Below, piece by piece: positions 1 to 12,534 of a stretch of 64,000 nt of DNA. Position 1 is the first letter of the stretch; every line of letters starts with the position of its first letter. Location of the stretch: assembly GCF_000002075.1 (NCBI RefSeq), contig NW_004797706.1, positions 357,969 through 421,968 of the forward strand, read 5' to 3'. The notes under the pieces were generated by a model, which was not told the DNA's origin, ran no database searches, and was given only the letters and a program-made list of their open reading frames with translations. The stretch is from Aplysia californica (taxonomy: Eukaryota). The position numbers and the translations under genes are program-made.

Positions 1-99
1 TGTGTGTGTGTGTGTGTGTGTGTGAGTGTGTGTGAGTGTCTTTCTGTCTGTCTGTCTGTTGGTCTGTCTGTCTGTCTGTTTGACTATCTGTCTCATCAC

Positions 100-168
<69 letters not shown>

Positions 169-170
169 GA
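1..170. repeat. (TG)n / (TCTG)n microsatellite
   Basis: Directly visible simple repeats. Confidence 0.95.
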
Positions 171-466
171 CTAGCTCCCCCCCCCTTACATAACAATGCA
201 ATTGCCATATTATATAATTATTATACCGATGTAGGCTACTGGTTCGTTTTAACTCTTATAAAGTCACGAAGAAAACTTGGCAGTTCATTCTATTTCAACC
301 GAGAAAAATCAGACAGAGACAAAGACAGAGAGACCAATGATAAATGAGGCAAACGAGAAAGCACCCACAATACAGCGTCTAGTTACATCACGAGCCAGTC
401 TGTCCTATCTCATTACGCTGACGACTGGACACAAGACAACAGGGAGCAATCATCTTTTTTTTTTAG

Positions 467-742
467 TTCGAGTTTGACGGCACTGGCAACACGATATGGT
501 TATATAAATGCCTCCAATTAAAAGTGTTACAAGAGAGTAACAAACGTAAAACAGGAGGAGAGATCGATAAGTTTTAGTAAGAGCTTTACGGAACTTGCAA
601 CACAACAAGGTCATATAAATGCCTAAAATTAGAGGTGTTACAAGAGAGTAACAAACACAAAAAAGAAGGAGGAGAGATCAGGACGATAGATGTTTGATAG
701 GAAAGGAAGGAGCAAACCACACCACAACACCCGCTAACCATC
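467..742 (-). mobile_element. Two adjacent degenerate copies of a ~170-bp dispersed retroposon (about 18-20 copies in the window, e.g. 1118-1290, 3032-3212, 18375-18550, 32033-32430, 32899-33070, 33433-33610, 51841-52024, 52217-52395, 53476-53930, 58298-58465, 62509-62685, 63137-63257)
   Basis: Recurrent consensus GTGGGTGGTTGGCGGGTGCTCTGGTGTGGTTTGC...TAACACCTCTAATCTT-GGC(A/G)CT(T/C)ATATGACCTTA...GC(A/G)AG(T/C)GCCGTAAAA followed by an (ACTAAA)n tail. Confidence 0.85.
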
Positions 743-1289
743 TACAAGCAGAGATCTGTGATAAAAGTGGAAAACGACCCCCAAAAACCCCACAAAGAAT
801 GCAGCATCCAGAAAGTATAGTAGACAAGCCAGCCTGTTACATCTCATTCCGCTGACGACTGGAGACAAGACGAGAGTTCTTCTCCACTGAGTAATCAGCA
901 CGACTTTTTTTGTGTTTTTGTGTTTTTGGTATTTGTTTTCACTCACAATGAAATACTTTCCCCGAGATAAAACAACTGGTTTATCTGTGAGCGATAATGT
1001 AGGCATGTCTTATCGACACCACACATTCTACTAGAGACAAAAACTGTCACCGCCGGCGAGGACTGGTAGATAGCGGAGGAAGCAGAGTCCATATTGTCCT
1101 TTTTGGATTTAATTTGAATAAGAATTTTACGGCACTTGCAACACAACAAGGCCATAAATTATATAAGTGCCGAAGATTAGAAGTGCTACAAGAGAGTAAC
1201 AAACACAAAAAAGAAGAAGAGATCAGGACGATAGATGTTTGATAGGAAAGAAGGAGCAAACCACACCAGAGTACCCAGCACCCGCTGAC

Positions 1290-1620
1290 CCATATTGTCC
1301 AAGACAGCCACCCATTGTCAAGGAGAAAAGTGGTCGTCTTAGACAGGTTAGCCTCAAGGGAAGTGTCAATACATACAATGAGATAAAAAAACACAAGGGG
1401 GTAATGGGGAAGTCGCCGTTTGTACAGGTGATTGTCTTATACATGTGGTCGTTTGTACAGGTGATTGTCTTAGACAGGTGGTCGTTTGTACAGGTGATTG
1501 TCTTAGACATGTGATCATTTGTACTGGTGATTGTCTTAGACATGTGGTCGTTTGTACAGGTGATTGTCTTAGACAGGTGGTCGTTTGTACAGGTGATTGT
1601 CTTAGACAGGTGGTCATTTG
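1290..1620. repeat. MITE fragment with ~6 x 33-bp tandem repeat (GTCGTTTGTACAGGTGATTGTCTTAGACAGGTG)
   Basis: Tandem units at 1412-1620. The preceding GTCCAAGACAGCCACCCAT..GGAGAAAAG matches 42733-42908, which has a single unit and ends GACTG-TA (Tc1/pogo-like end). Confidence 0.7.
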
Positions 1621-1761
1621 AGCAGATATGACATGACCTTTGAGTAACGCACGCCCTTGAACTTTCTACAGGAGAAAACAAATTTTTTTTTAAATTAAAA
1701 AAAACAAAAACACCCATCAAAATACGATAAAGATTTATGATAAAGCTAATCCTAACATACT

Positions 1762-2240
1762 TGGGGCTCTCGTGTTCTAGTGGTACAGCGCCCGCCTCTC
1801 AGTCAAAAGGTCCCAGGATCGAAACCAGTCAGCGATGAAATATATGATCTCTTCTCTATAACTGCCCCGTCTGTCCTTCTTTCCTGATCTTTTGTCCTGT
1901 CCCGTCACCTGGTCTCATCTCTACTTTCTCCCTCCACCCCCCCCCCCCCCCCTGGCCTCCTCAGTGGTCCCCTCTCCCTTACTCCCTACTCGTTCTACCG
2001 CTGCCACCCCAGGCTCCTTCTTACTGCTGTCTTTCTGCCAGACCCATGATCTTTGGGTGGATAACATTTATCCCCTAGCCTTTTTGGATAATGGTGAAAA
2101 ATCCCGGACGTCCCGTGTGCAAGTTGTGCATGTTAAAGATCCTTTGGTGGGCCTAAATTCGATGAGAGTAGGCTTCAGCCGCCAACGGGGCAAAATACAA
2201 CTTGAATTCCTACTGAAACTCAAAAATATACTCTAGTCAG
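1762..2240 (+). mobile_element. Degenerate tRNA-headed SINE (V/Meta-type family)
   Basis: GGGGCTCTCGTG..CTAGTGGT head, B-box-like GGATCGAAACC, central GCATGTTAAAGATCCTTTGGTGG domain; homologous to 21762-22291. Confidence 0.75.
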
Positions 2241-2530
2241 TATACAAAAAAAAAAGAAAAAATGATAGCATCACATGGGCAAACGGCTGGGATCCCCACA
2301 GAGTAGGAAAAACGTGACACGGGTAAATGTCAGTTGCACGACTGGTTGAAGAACCATCAGTCGACTATCTCGGGGTTGAGAAGGGGAACCACATGAAGTC
2401 ACTTTTTGTCAAGGTCGGCCGAAAAAAGTTATCAGAAATGCAAAACGTTATCAGAAAATGAAAAAAAAAACGTTATCAAAAAAATGAAAAAGTTATCAGG
2501 CTATCTTCCACAGAGCCTGCTACATGACGA

Positions 2531-3010
2531 GCTGTCTACAGCGACCCCACGAGACAAAACTACAGTCAAAGCTGTCTACAGCGACCCCACGAGACAAAAC
2601 TACAGTCAAACCTGTCTACAGCGACCCCACGAGACAAAACTACAGTCAAACCTGTCTACAGCGACCCCATGAGACAAAACTACAGTCAAAGCTGTCTACA
2701 GCGACCCCACGAGACAAAACTACAGTCAAAGATGTCTACAGCGACCCCACAACACAAAACTACAGTCAAAGCTGTCTACAGCGACCCCACAACACAAAAC
2801 TACAGTCAAAGCTGTCTACAGCGACCCCACAACACAAAACTACAGTCAAAGCTGTCTACAGCGACCCCACCACACAAAACTACAGTCAAAGCTGTCTACA
2901 GCGACCCCACGACACAAAACTACAGTCAAAGCTGTCTACAGCGACCCCACGAGACAAAACTACAGTCAAAGCTGTCTACAGCGACCACACAACACAAAAC
3001 TACAGTCAAA
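2531..3010. repeat. 12 x 40-bp minisatellite (TACAGTCAAAGCTGTCTACAGCGACCCCACGAGACAAAAC)
   Basis: Exact 40-bp period with few substitutions; the unit contains a TA+CAGTCAAA(C/G)CTGTCT motif typical of Tc1/pogo termini. Confidence 0.95.
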
Positions 3011-3729
3011 ACTGTTCAAGACGGAACCCTTTGTTTTAGTATGAGCTTTACGGCACTTGCAACACAATAAGGTCATATAAGTGCCGAAGATTAGAGGTGT
3101 TACAAGAGAGTAACAAACACAAAAAAGAAAAAAGAAGGAGGAGAGATAAGGACGATAGATGTTTGATAGGAAAGAAGGGGCAAACCACACCAGAGCACCC
3201 GCCAACCACCCACGATTAAAGGTGTTACTACTAGAGAGTGACATACAAAGAAAAGGAAGAGGAGATACAAGCACGATATTAGATGTTTGACTGGGGAAGG
3301 AGGAGGAGATACAAGCACGATATTAGATGTTTGACTGGAAAGGAGGAGTAAACCACACCAGAGTACCCGCGAACGACCCTCTTTCAAGCACATGTTTTAG
3401 TTTAGTTTTAGTAAGAGTTTTAGTAAGAGTTTTAGGGCGCTCGCAACTGCATAAGGTCATATGAGCGCCAGAAGATTAGAGGTGTTACAAGAGAGTAACA
3501 AACATAAAAAAGAAGAAGGGGAGATAAGGACGATAGATGTTTGATAGGAAAGAAAAATTCAAGCACACGATTTCTACAAAACAGAACAACATTTCCTCAA
3601 TAACCTATCTAGAAGAGAACAACATTTCATCAACAACCTATTTCGAACAGAACAAGAAACGTGTGTTCATTGTGAAAACTGTAGACATAGAACTGAACAC
3701 ACATACAACAAGAAAGGCACAGAGAGGAA

Positions 3730-4020
3730 GACACATAGACAAAGACACAGATAGAAAGACACATACAGTAAGACACACAGACAGAAAGACACACATACAG
3801 TAAGACACAGACAGAAAGACACATACAGTAAGACACACAGACAGAAAGACACATACAGTAAGACACACAGACAGAAAGACACACAGACAGAAAGACACAT
3901 ACAGTAAGACACACACAGTAAGACACACAGACAGAAAGACAGACACAGACAGAAAGATAATACAGAAAACGCGGAATGTCGGATAGCAAGACACATACAG
4001 CGAGACACATACAGCGAGAC
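3730..4020. repeat. Compound AC/AG-rich minisatellite (GACACACATACAGTAAGACACACAGACAGAAA-like)
   Basis: Visible tandem low-complexity units. Confidence 0.9.
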
Positions 4021-4753
4021 ACCGGGGACTATGCTGGAGTTTTGTGCTTTGCTGCCCCATGTCGGTGACCCAAGTTCGATTCCCGAGTGGGGAGAATTTT
4101 TATCCAGTATTTCAGTCTTTGTACTGGGATGTTGTATCCCTTTCAGCCCAGCTTGGCCCTGACAGCCATTGTCTAAGCCTGTCTATTACATAATCAAAAT
4201 TGTGTCGATGGGGGCGTAACCCCCCCCCCCTTCACCTATATTTATTTTTTTTATTCTGTAAGGAGCCATACAACAAGTGAAGCGAACCTGAAACCACTGC
4301 TGTCTTATAACAAATTAGCAAAAAAAGAAAGTCTCAGTACAACTGCATTGTCGACAAAAAAAATGATAGTTGGAAAATGATTGTGAATGTTTTAGTTTTG
4401 CACCATTACAAATTGACACTATTAGATCATTGGGGAGGTAGGCTGCCTTGACCCTGTCTGTCTGGGTGAACCGAACCCATGTTCTTTAGGACACTGCCGG
4501 CCCATCTTCAGACAGAGTGTGAATGTTCAATCAATCTAAAAATCTCTTAAGATAGATAATAATTCTGAAAGAAATAAAAAGGAAACACAAATTTTAAAAT
4601 GTCTTATTTCAAACCATAGTATACTGACTTTGTCAAGTTTAGTAAGTGAACATAAGTCAAACTGTCCACTGCGATCATCTGCCTGATAGTCATTTTTCTC
4701 TGCGATTTTGAGCTACCGTTTTGGACAGATATAAATGTACCACTAACACCTAC

Positions 4754-4843
4754 CTGGTACCTTCCAGACATGAGCTGGCTACGAGTGGGTGTACAGATGG
4801 GCTGGACATAATAGTTCTCTAGTTTTACTCCGTCAGACGCCAG
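4754..4843 (-). CDS. ARSB: Arylsulfatase B-like, coding exon 2 ([30 protein letters not shown])
   Basis: 90-bp phase 0/0 exon, ttcctcag|...|gtaggt. Contains the sulfatase formylglycine motif C-T-P-T-R and continues in frame from 5822-5989. Not in the ORF track. ARSB versus ARSI/J orthology is not resolved. Confidence 0.9.
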
Positions 4844-5821
4844 CTGAGGAAGGAGGTACAGAGTTCAGGAACATGACATTGTAAGGGAGTAACAGCATTC
4901 TCAAAACTTTTGTTTCTTCACAGACAGGATCAAAAAGATATGTTGTGTTCCTCACTCAGTATTAGATCTAAGCTGAATGGGTGAAGAGCTGTGAAAACAA
5001 TTGCAAGCGACCCAAGTTCTAAAACACCATGCAAGAAATCTGAGCCCAGGTCATGCCAACTATCGTCACTGAGCAAACGGTGCATCTTGACATTGTCAAA
5101 TCAGAGCTGATAAAAGACAGAGCAGACAGAGACAACAATAAATAGTGAATTATGACCTATCAATGTCACCCTTCAACTTCAACAAAGGACATTTTTTTAA
5201 TTTCCGTCCACTACACAGGAAATAGTTTTTGCTTATGTTACGAATGTTCTCTATCTACTCTTCTTAATTGAACATGTTTGGATCACACAGGAAAGAAACT
5301 ACAAAATGTATCCTTTAAAAAGCAACAACTTTATAATATTTACTTCCAGGCTGTCTGACGTCACCTGTTATGGGGATCTTTTTTTGTAGTTACATTAACA
5401 TTGCACTTTTTTGCTATTTCTACAGAGATACAAGTTTAATTCTTTTCAACACAAAATAAGTAGATCTAGTGCTGTATCATTATTTGTGTGTTATGAAACA
5501 TAAAAATAGATTTCTCAATCTAAATACTTTTGATAGAGATAACGTTCTTTATATGTTTAACCTATTCCATAGTGAAGTCCATTGTNNNNNNNNNNNNNNN
5601 NNNNNNNNNNNNNNNNNNNNNNNNNNNNNNNNNNNNNNNNNNNNNNNNNNNNNNNNNNNNNNNNNNNNNNNNNNNNNNNNNNNNNNNNNNNNNNNNNNNN
5701 NNNNNNNNNNNNNNNNNNNNNNNNNNNNNNNNNNNNNNNNNNNNNNNNNNNNNNNNNNNNNNNNNNNNNNNNNNNNNNNNNNNNNNNNNNNNNNTTATAA
5801 CAGCATCATGCTACATCTTAC

Positions 5822-5989
5822 CTTGTCAAGATTTGGAGTGAAAATCTGTGAGCCATGGTAGCCGATGTCGTTGAAGCCGTAGTCGTCTGCTAGGACAAAG
5901 ATGATGTTTGGCCGCTTTTGGTTATTGTCCCTTCCACATACAGCTGACAGCCAGACGGCAAACAAAAGTGGTAGCCACAACTTCATCAT
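5822..5989 (-). CDS. ARSB: Arylsulfatase B-like, first coding exon (signal peptide + [27 protein letters not shown])
   Basis: Hydrophobic signal peptide and canonical sulfatase N-terminal motif; donor AAG|gtaaga; upstream acceptor ttctccag| at 6046 implies a non-coding exon further upstream. No further exons found at lower coordinates, so the gene probably continues beyond the window start. Confidence 0.9.
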
Positions 5990-6924
5990 CTGACGTGTAA
6001 AGCGAGCCGTTGTCTAACAAAACAACTTCCCTCTGTCTTCTCACACCTGGAGAAAAAGCATGAAGTGAGAAACGTTACGTCAGCCAACAATGCAGATGTG
6101 TTGTTGATGTTTCATTTCTTATGATCATTGACATGTTGTCTCTCAATAGGAGAAAAGTTACAAGGATCCTGACAGAAAGGAAATTCTATTCGAAGTGGGA
6201 AGACCGCAGTCTGTTCACCTTATATACTTTTCTGAACCGCAAAGACAATTTTATAGGCTTGTGTATTTTTCCGTGTGTTCAAGGTGAAACACTAAAACAA
6301 AGGCCACCATTTACTGCAAGAAACATAGTCACCGTGATTGATCAGGATATGACGAAGGTCCATTAAATGTACATCTCTGGATCAACAGCATAAAGTAGTG
6401 CCAGTGTTTGTCAGCATTTTTATAGCCAACACCCACTTTTGCCACCTTCAAAAGGCTAATATTTTCGTACATGTGATGTATTGTTAAGAGAGAGTAACTG
6501 TGTGTGGTTGTGATCGTTATATTATGATGAGTTATGTCCTTTATATCTGTGTGTATCTTGTGACCATTTAAGATGTGTTTTCCCCGAATCACCCACAAAT
6601 CACGACCATTCAGTTCAGAATAAACTCTCGAGCAAGTCGCACGTGTCGTGTTGAGGACACTATAGTACCGTCCATCGACATGTGTTTCCAAACGGGGCAT
6701 TAATTAAACAACACGACCTGCAACTACCTGAGTGATCCCCACCGCTCTGTTTTCCTTTAGGCCCTCTATGCTCGTGAGATTTATCAAAGAAATATAAAAA
6801 ATAACAATTTGATTTTTTGCATCGCTATGGCGATTCACAAGCCTAAAAAAACATCATAAACATTACATCACAAACTTTGTCAAAGTGTGCCCCCAACACA
6901 AAATTAGCCTGGGGATTTGTAGGT

Positions 6925-7350
6925 CTAGATTCTAGTTCTAGATCTAGCTCTAGGTGTTTCGGTAGGCCTAGGTAAAATTCTGTAGAGGAGAAGTGATAGA
7001 TAGTCGATCAGATCGTAAATTTTTGGAATGGTCGGGCCAAGAGCCATTGACTACTACCACAATTTGACAATAGCCTGATAAAAAGAGAAGGTGGGCCCCT
7101 CCTACCTACAGCCTTGGCTACAATTACATTTCATTTCTAATGATTGGTTTGCTAATCTAGATCTAGATCTAGATCTGTAGAGTCTTAGAAGTCTACATTA
7201 ATTTGTGAAAGAACACACAAAAAGGGGTTCTCCTTAGAAACTGTAGGATATAGATCTATCAAGATACAAGATCTTTAGTATTAGTAAGTTAGGCTAGATC
7301 TAGATTTCTAGTTCTAGAACTAGATCTAGATCTATAATCTAGCGCTAGAT
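6925..7350. repeat. Palindromic (AGATCT/TCTAGA)n tracts; also 9065-9930, 11245-12055, 44522-44545, 46968-47115, 47422-47492, 63850-63945
   Basis: Dense imperfect TAGATC hexamer runs. Confidence 0.9.
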
Positions 7351-8892
7351 CTACTAAGGTATTTTGTTGAATTGACGGACTTGTTCAAGTCTTGTTGTTG
7401 AGAAAGAAGAATATCGTGAGCACAGTACTCCACTTATAAAGTATAAAGCTTGAAATCACGATAAACTTGCAGCAAACAGTCAAGGGGAAAACAGTCCTGT
7501 CCAGCACCACTAACAAAGTACGAGAAACGAACTGTCAGTTTCTACCTCTGTCAGGCTCTGTCTGTCCATCGATCTGAACTTGCCGCTGTTTAGAACTTTT
7601 ATTTATCAAGCCGCTGCAGGAAGCCTGTGAGTGATAGCCTAGATTGATAATAATTACAAACTACAAAGTCATGTGATTTCTTAAAATATCCACCAATGGC
7701 CAACGACCAGTGACATCTCGAAATACAATTGATTTGAACGACCACTACACGCCGCAAAGCGCAGCATTAGTTATGACGTTGCGCGGCCATTGACTTAAGC
7801 CAGAAACCCCGCGACATAATATTATTATTAGATGCTGCTTCAGCACGACAACCTTGGGCTGGATCCTATTTCCTTTAGCCTATAGTCTTGACATACTGAC
7901 GACAGGCTTGTTACTGTACGTCATAATACGTCCCTAGATTGTTGATTCAAACAGAGTTCTCAACTTTAATTTTATAAAGACCATCGGTGATTATGATAAT
8001 ATTCCAAAGTGTAGATAGTAGGCCTACTACTTGCATTTTAAACGACTGTTTTTACAACTAAATTTCTGCCTTGAATTTTTAACCTCAACCATACTTATGT
8101 AAAACCAAACAGTGCTGTGAACTAATGTGAAAAACAAAACAACAACAACTCGAGTCCTGCATACGGCCGGATAATAATTATTATGACCTCATCATGTAGG
8201 CCAGTTGCGTGCACCGTAAAACTCTTCCTAAACAGAAACAAACTAAGACATTCATACATTCCATTTTATTCATTCCCTTGGGCAAAGTATTAATATACAA
8301 ATACATGAATATTACACAATGTCTCAAGCATATATAGACAATCCACAGCATTGCTAGGGTCTGTGGTTATATCATGATTGTGCTGCTAAAGGACAGGACG
8401 ACACCTTATCAAGACCACCCACCTATACACTGTGTCACCGACACATACTTGATACATGTATCTATTCAATTTTAAAAAACCCTCAACGTGCTGAAAATAA
8501 ATATCGGTGTCTGCGACTTCGTTAAATTTGATGAGCACCTGTTTTCACAGCGCTGCCTCACATATTGATGAAAGGAATCTCACATTTTTTAATGGTGGAA
8601 TCGGAAAATAATGACTCATATATAGGCCTATTCTGGGGTATTTCTTAAGAATGCATAACCATCGAAACCTACAATTTTATGAATTCTTATAAAGCTCAAA
8701 ATTATGAAAATCCGGTTGCATATTTATCATAATGTTATGGGGAATATTGAATAAAAATGCTTCTTAAAATTCCATTTACATTCTGAAGTCTGAGAGATGA
8801 GTGTTTGGTTTCTTCTTAAAATTGACTCAAATTGAGTTCCTCAGAGGGCCGGCACTTACCATGACAAGGTCCACTGAGCAAACTCTACAAGA

Positions 8893-8975
8893 GTTAGGGT
8901 TAGGGTAGGGGTTAGACCTAGGGTTAGGGTTACGGTTTGGGTTAGGGTAAGGGTTCATGTTAGGGTTTGGGTTAA
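8893..8975 (+). repeat. Degenerate interstitial (TTAGGG)n-like repeat
   Basis: gttagggttagggtaggggttagacctagggttagggttacggtttgggg... Confidence 0.75.
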
Positions 8976-10727
8976 GCGTGTTGTTGGTCGACCGGAGAGA
9001 GAGAGGGAGGGAGAGAGAGAGAGAGAGAGAATGTTTGGGTGTTGATAACGAAATAAGCAAACAAATAGATCTAGTCTAGATTCTAGATCTACGATGCCCT
9101 AGATCTAAGCCAAAGAACAGTCAGAAAAAAAAACATGAAGGAGGTGATGAAAAAAGACCTGCGATGTATGAAGGAATTGTAAAACTGCCAAAACGTCTAT
9201 AACACATGGCTCCTAGATCGGCACACACATGTGATGGGCACTCCTGTACAATTGCAGTCCCGTTTGCTGTGCACTAAATCAGACTAGATCTAGATTCTAG
9301 ATCTAGACCTCTGTAGTAATTTTTACATGTTTCTTATTTACATCTATGATCTAGATCTAAACTAATTATCATGAATCTAGATCTAAAAGATCTAGTGTTA
9401 GATCTAATATAATATCTAGATCTATTTAGAATCTAGATCTAGATTCTAGATCTAGATCTAGATCTAAATCTAGTATCTAGATCTAGATCTATATGTTTAG
9501 ACCTAGATAACTTAAGCTTTTTCTGGATTCTATTTCCCATTTGCGGGATGGGAACTACCGAAAAAGCGCCGATATCTTGATGTCTAGATCTAAAATCTAG
9601 AAATCTTTAGATCTAGATTTTGGATAGACTATCTAGATCTAGATCTATAGATATCTAGATGATCTATGTTCACTCGATCCCACAAAAAGGACCGCAATTG
9701 TACCCGGGTGCCTCTAGATCTAGCCTAGATCTTCCAAAACATCTTGTTCTGGATCAGAAGGTAGAATCTAGTCACTGAGGTTCCAAACACAGCCTGGTTT
9801 ATTTTCACTTGTCACAAAAAATAGATCTACACATCTAGAATCTAATATCTAATCTAGATCTAGATCTAGATTCTAGGCCACAACAAATAGATCTGATCTA
9901 GAATCTATATCTAGATCTAGATCTAGCCCATCTAGCCTCACCTGTAGGAATTTGCCCAACAAATTTTACCGAACTTTGAACATCTGTAACTGGCTGAAAA
10001 ATTAAGTAATATTGGTGATTTTGGTATCAAATTTCTCAGAAAAGTGAGTTCTATCCATTTAGCCCATCAAAATAATTCAGCGTAAGAAAAATTATGTCAG
10101 ATTAGATTGAAATTATACTCAAAATATGGTCAAAGAGAGGTAACCGTGAAAAATACTGAAGGGGATGAATTTTTAGGGTTATCTTCCCTTTAGCTAAAAC
10201 CCAAAGATACAGCCTTCTACAATAGCCCCCAGCTTGACGTTCTATGTGTCAGACATGGGTACTTTCTAACTCTTATTGGCTTGGCCGGCGTGTCACCTTT
10301 TACATGTACAATCTATGAACCCTCATCCTGCTTCCCACTAGCTCTAGCATTCGAAAAACCACTATTCTGTCTCGAAAAGTTGGCTACTAATTCGTCTGTT
10401 GATCCGCGATTTTCACGCCCTTGAGTGTGTGTCTCAGAGTGGGTGACACCACTTCCGCGAAATGAAGTACTAATTAGTGTAGCATCTTTGCTTGTGTCGG
10501 AAATACGCACGGAAAAAAAAAAACAATTATTAAAAAAAACATTTTACGTTAAACAGACAGAAGAAGGTAATTTCCAATGTAAAACAAGTTTACAAGTCAT
10601 TCATTCTCTAAAATAATATTTTAGGCGTTATAATTACTGCTCTGCTAACCCACGTGCTTTTAGCGAAACGATACAACCAAATCTAGCTTTTGTATCAAAG
10701 TAAAGATTTTATGTGTACACAATGACC

Positions 10728-10985
10728 AATGACGTAGAATTTACACAAAGAACGATGACGTATATGTGTACTCACTGAATGATGACGTATATGTGTACTC
10801 ACTGTATGATGACGTAGTATTTACACAAAGAATGATGACGTGTATGTGTACTCATTGAATGATGACGTTTATGTGTACTCATTGAATGATGACGTAGTGT
10901 TAACACAAAGAACGATGACGTTCATGATCTAAGTGTACTCATCGAATGATGACGTATGTGAGTAGACAAAGAACGATGACGTCGT
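10728..10985. repeat. ~26-27-bp minisatellite, 10 units each carrying ATGACGT
   Basis: Repeated GAATGATGACGTATATGTGTACTCA / TTACACAAAGAACGATGACGT. Confidence 0.85.
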
Positions 10986-12534
10986 TGGACTCGTAAAGGG
11001 GAGTAATTAGCAGGCTAATATTTCTTAATTTCATTGTTATGTCCCTTGTTTTTGGTGGTCTAATATTCGCTTTCTTTCTTTTCAATTGTTTCATTGTTAT
11101 GTCCCATGTTTTTCGCTTTGCTATTATTCGCTTTTTTCTTTTCAATTTATTTTTTCGTAATTAAAATTATTTCAACCTTCAAGCGCTATAGCTTCATGAA
11201 TTTTCCGGGAACTCCCCCTTCTAGACAAAATTACAAATTGTATAGAATCTAGATCTAGATCTAGATTCTAGATCTAGATTCTAGATAAAGATCTTAAACT
11301 AGATTCTAATTCTTAGGTTCCGAAGTCCAACCCATTTTCAAAGTTCGATGACGCGCTGCCATTTAAAATTCTTTGTTGACAGTTTGCTATCAGCTGAGTC
11401 CACATTCTGCCTATGGCTTTACTACAGACTGTCTTAGGGAAGAATCCGTAGATTTAGATCTAGATTCTAGATATAGATCTGCACATCAAAGGAAGAAGAA
11501 TTGGCTTCGACGTTCGATGCCGGGTAACTGCTGACGGATCGGAGAAGTATTAGATTCTGTAGAAAATCTAGGCAGGCCTAGATCTAGATTATATCTAGAT
11601 CTAGACTCTAGATCTATCTGCTCTGTCAAAACACTAGACTTAGATTCCTGATCTAGATCTAGGCTATTCGAAAAACCTTGACGTTTTGTGAAACTCGAAA
11701 TTCTTCACGTCAAATTTCTCAAAACTAGTCTAGATCTAGATCTAGATTCTAGTTCTAGGTACTGAGCAGGATATCTATAGACTGTAATTTTCTAAGATAG
11801 TGGTATGTTGTCTTTTAGATCTAGAATCTAGAATCTAGATCTAGATTTATCTTAGTATCTATAGCCTAGATCTAGATCTACATTTAGAATCTAGTCTCCA
11901 TGGCAACAACGTTGCCAAGGCCAAGACAAGGCATCATGTTTTAATTTCCCAAGCCTCCGCTACCCTGAAGTCGTAGAATTAAAGTACTGTCCAGCCAACC
12001 CTAATTATGTTGTTGTAGGTCAAGATCTAGAATCTAGATCTTATCTAGATCTAGGATAAAATTTGGGAGGCATTTTGATTTTTCAAAAAAGAAAATGGCG
12101 CGTTGTGATTAGCACCAGTGCTAAATAAATGTATCAGTCACTCTAATAATTAGATTGATGTGGGACATCATGTTTCTTTGTTTTTTAAATATTGTTTTTT
12201 GGATTTTGAGATTTGTTTGAGAAAGGTGTGCAGTTGGCGAACTTTTGGAACAGAAAACCTTTCACCCTTTCTGAATTTCGGTCAGAAACGTACAAATTAG
12301 CATGCTCAAGATCTCTAAGCCTTAGCTTCTCTATATAATATAGATATCTAGATATATGTGCAAAGATTTCAAGTTTTGAAATCATATCGCTCCCTAGTAA
12401 TAGTAGCGATAATGTCTGATGTGATCCAAGGATTGTTTGGTTGGTTGTTTTGCTGTTTGTGTTAACCACATTATGCTCAGTTTGAAAATTTTCTTTTTTT
12501 TTTCTTATTCTAGCAATTGACAAGGTCTCCGATG

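Noticed and set aside
1047-1720. ORFs containing GGWRVLWCGLLLLSYQTSIV / GGCSGVVCSFFPIKHLSS, recurring across the window
   Set aside because: Translations of the 170-bp repeat and tandem arrays, not genes.
2531-3010. CRISPR-like array (also considered at 29975-30305 and 63341-63465)
   Set aside because: Units are contiguous tandem repeats without unique spacers; the context is eukaryotic and there are no cas genes.
5469-5861. ORFs spanning N runs (also at 12.8, 14.2, 19.4 and 42.0 kb)
   Set aside because: Assembly gaps inflate ORF length.
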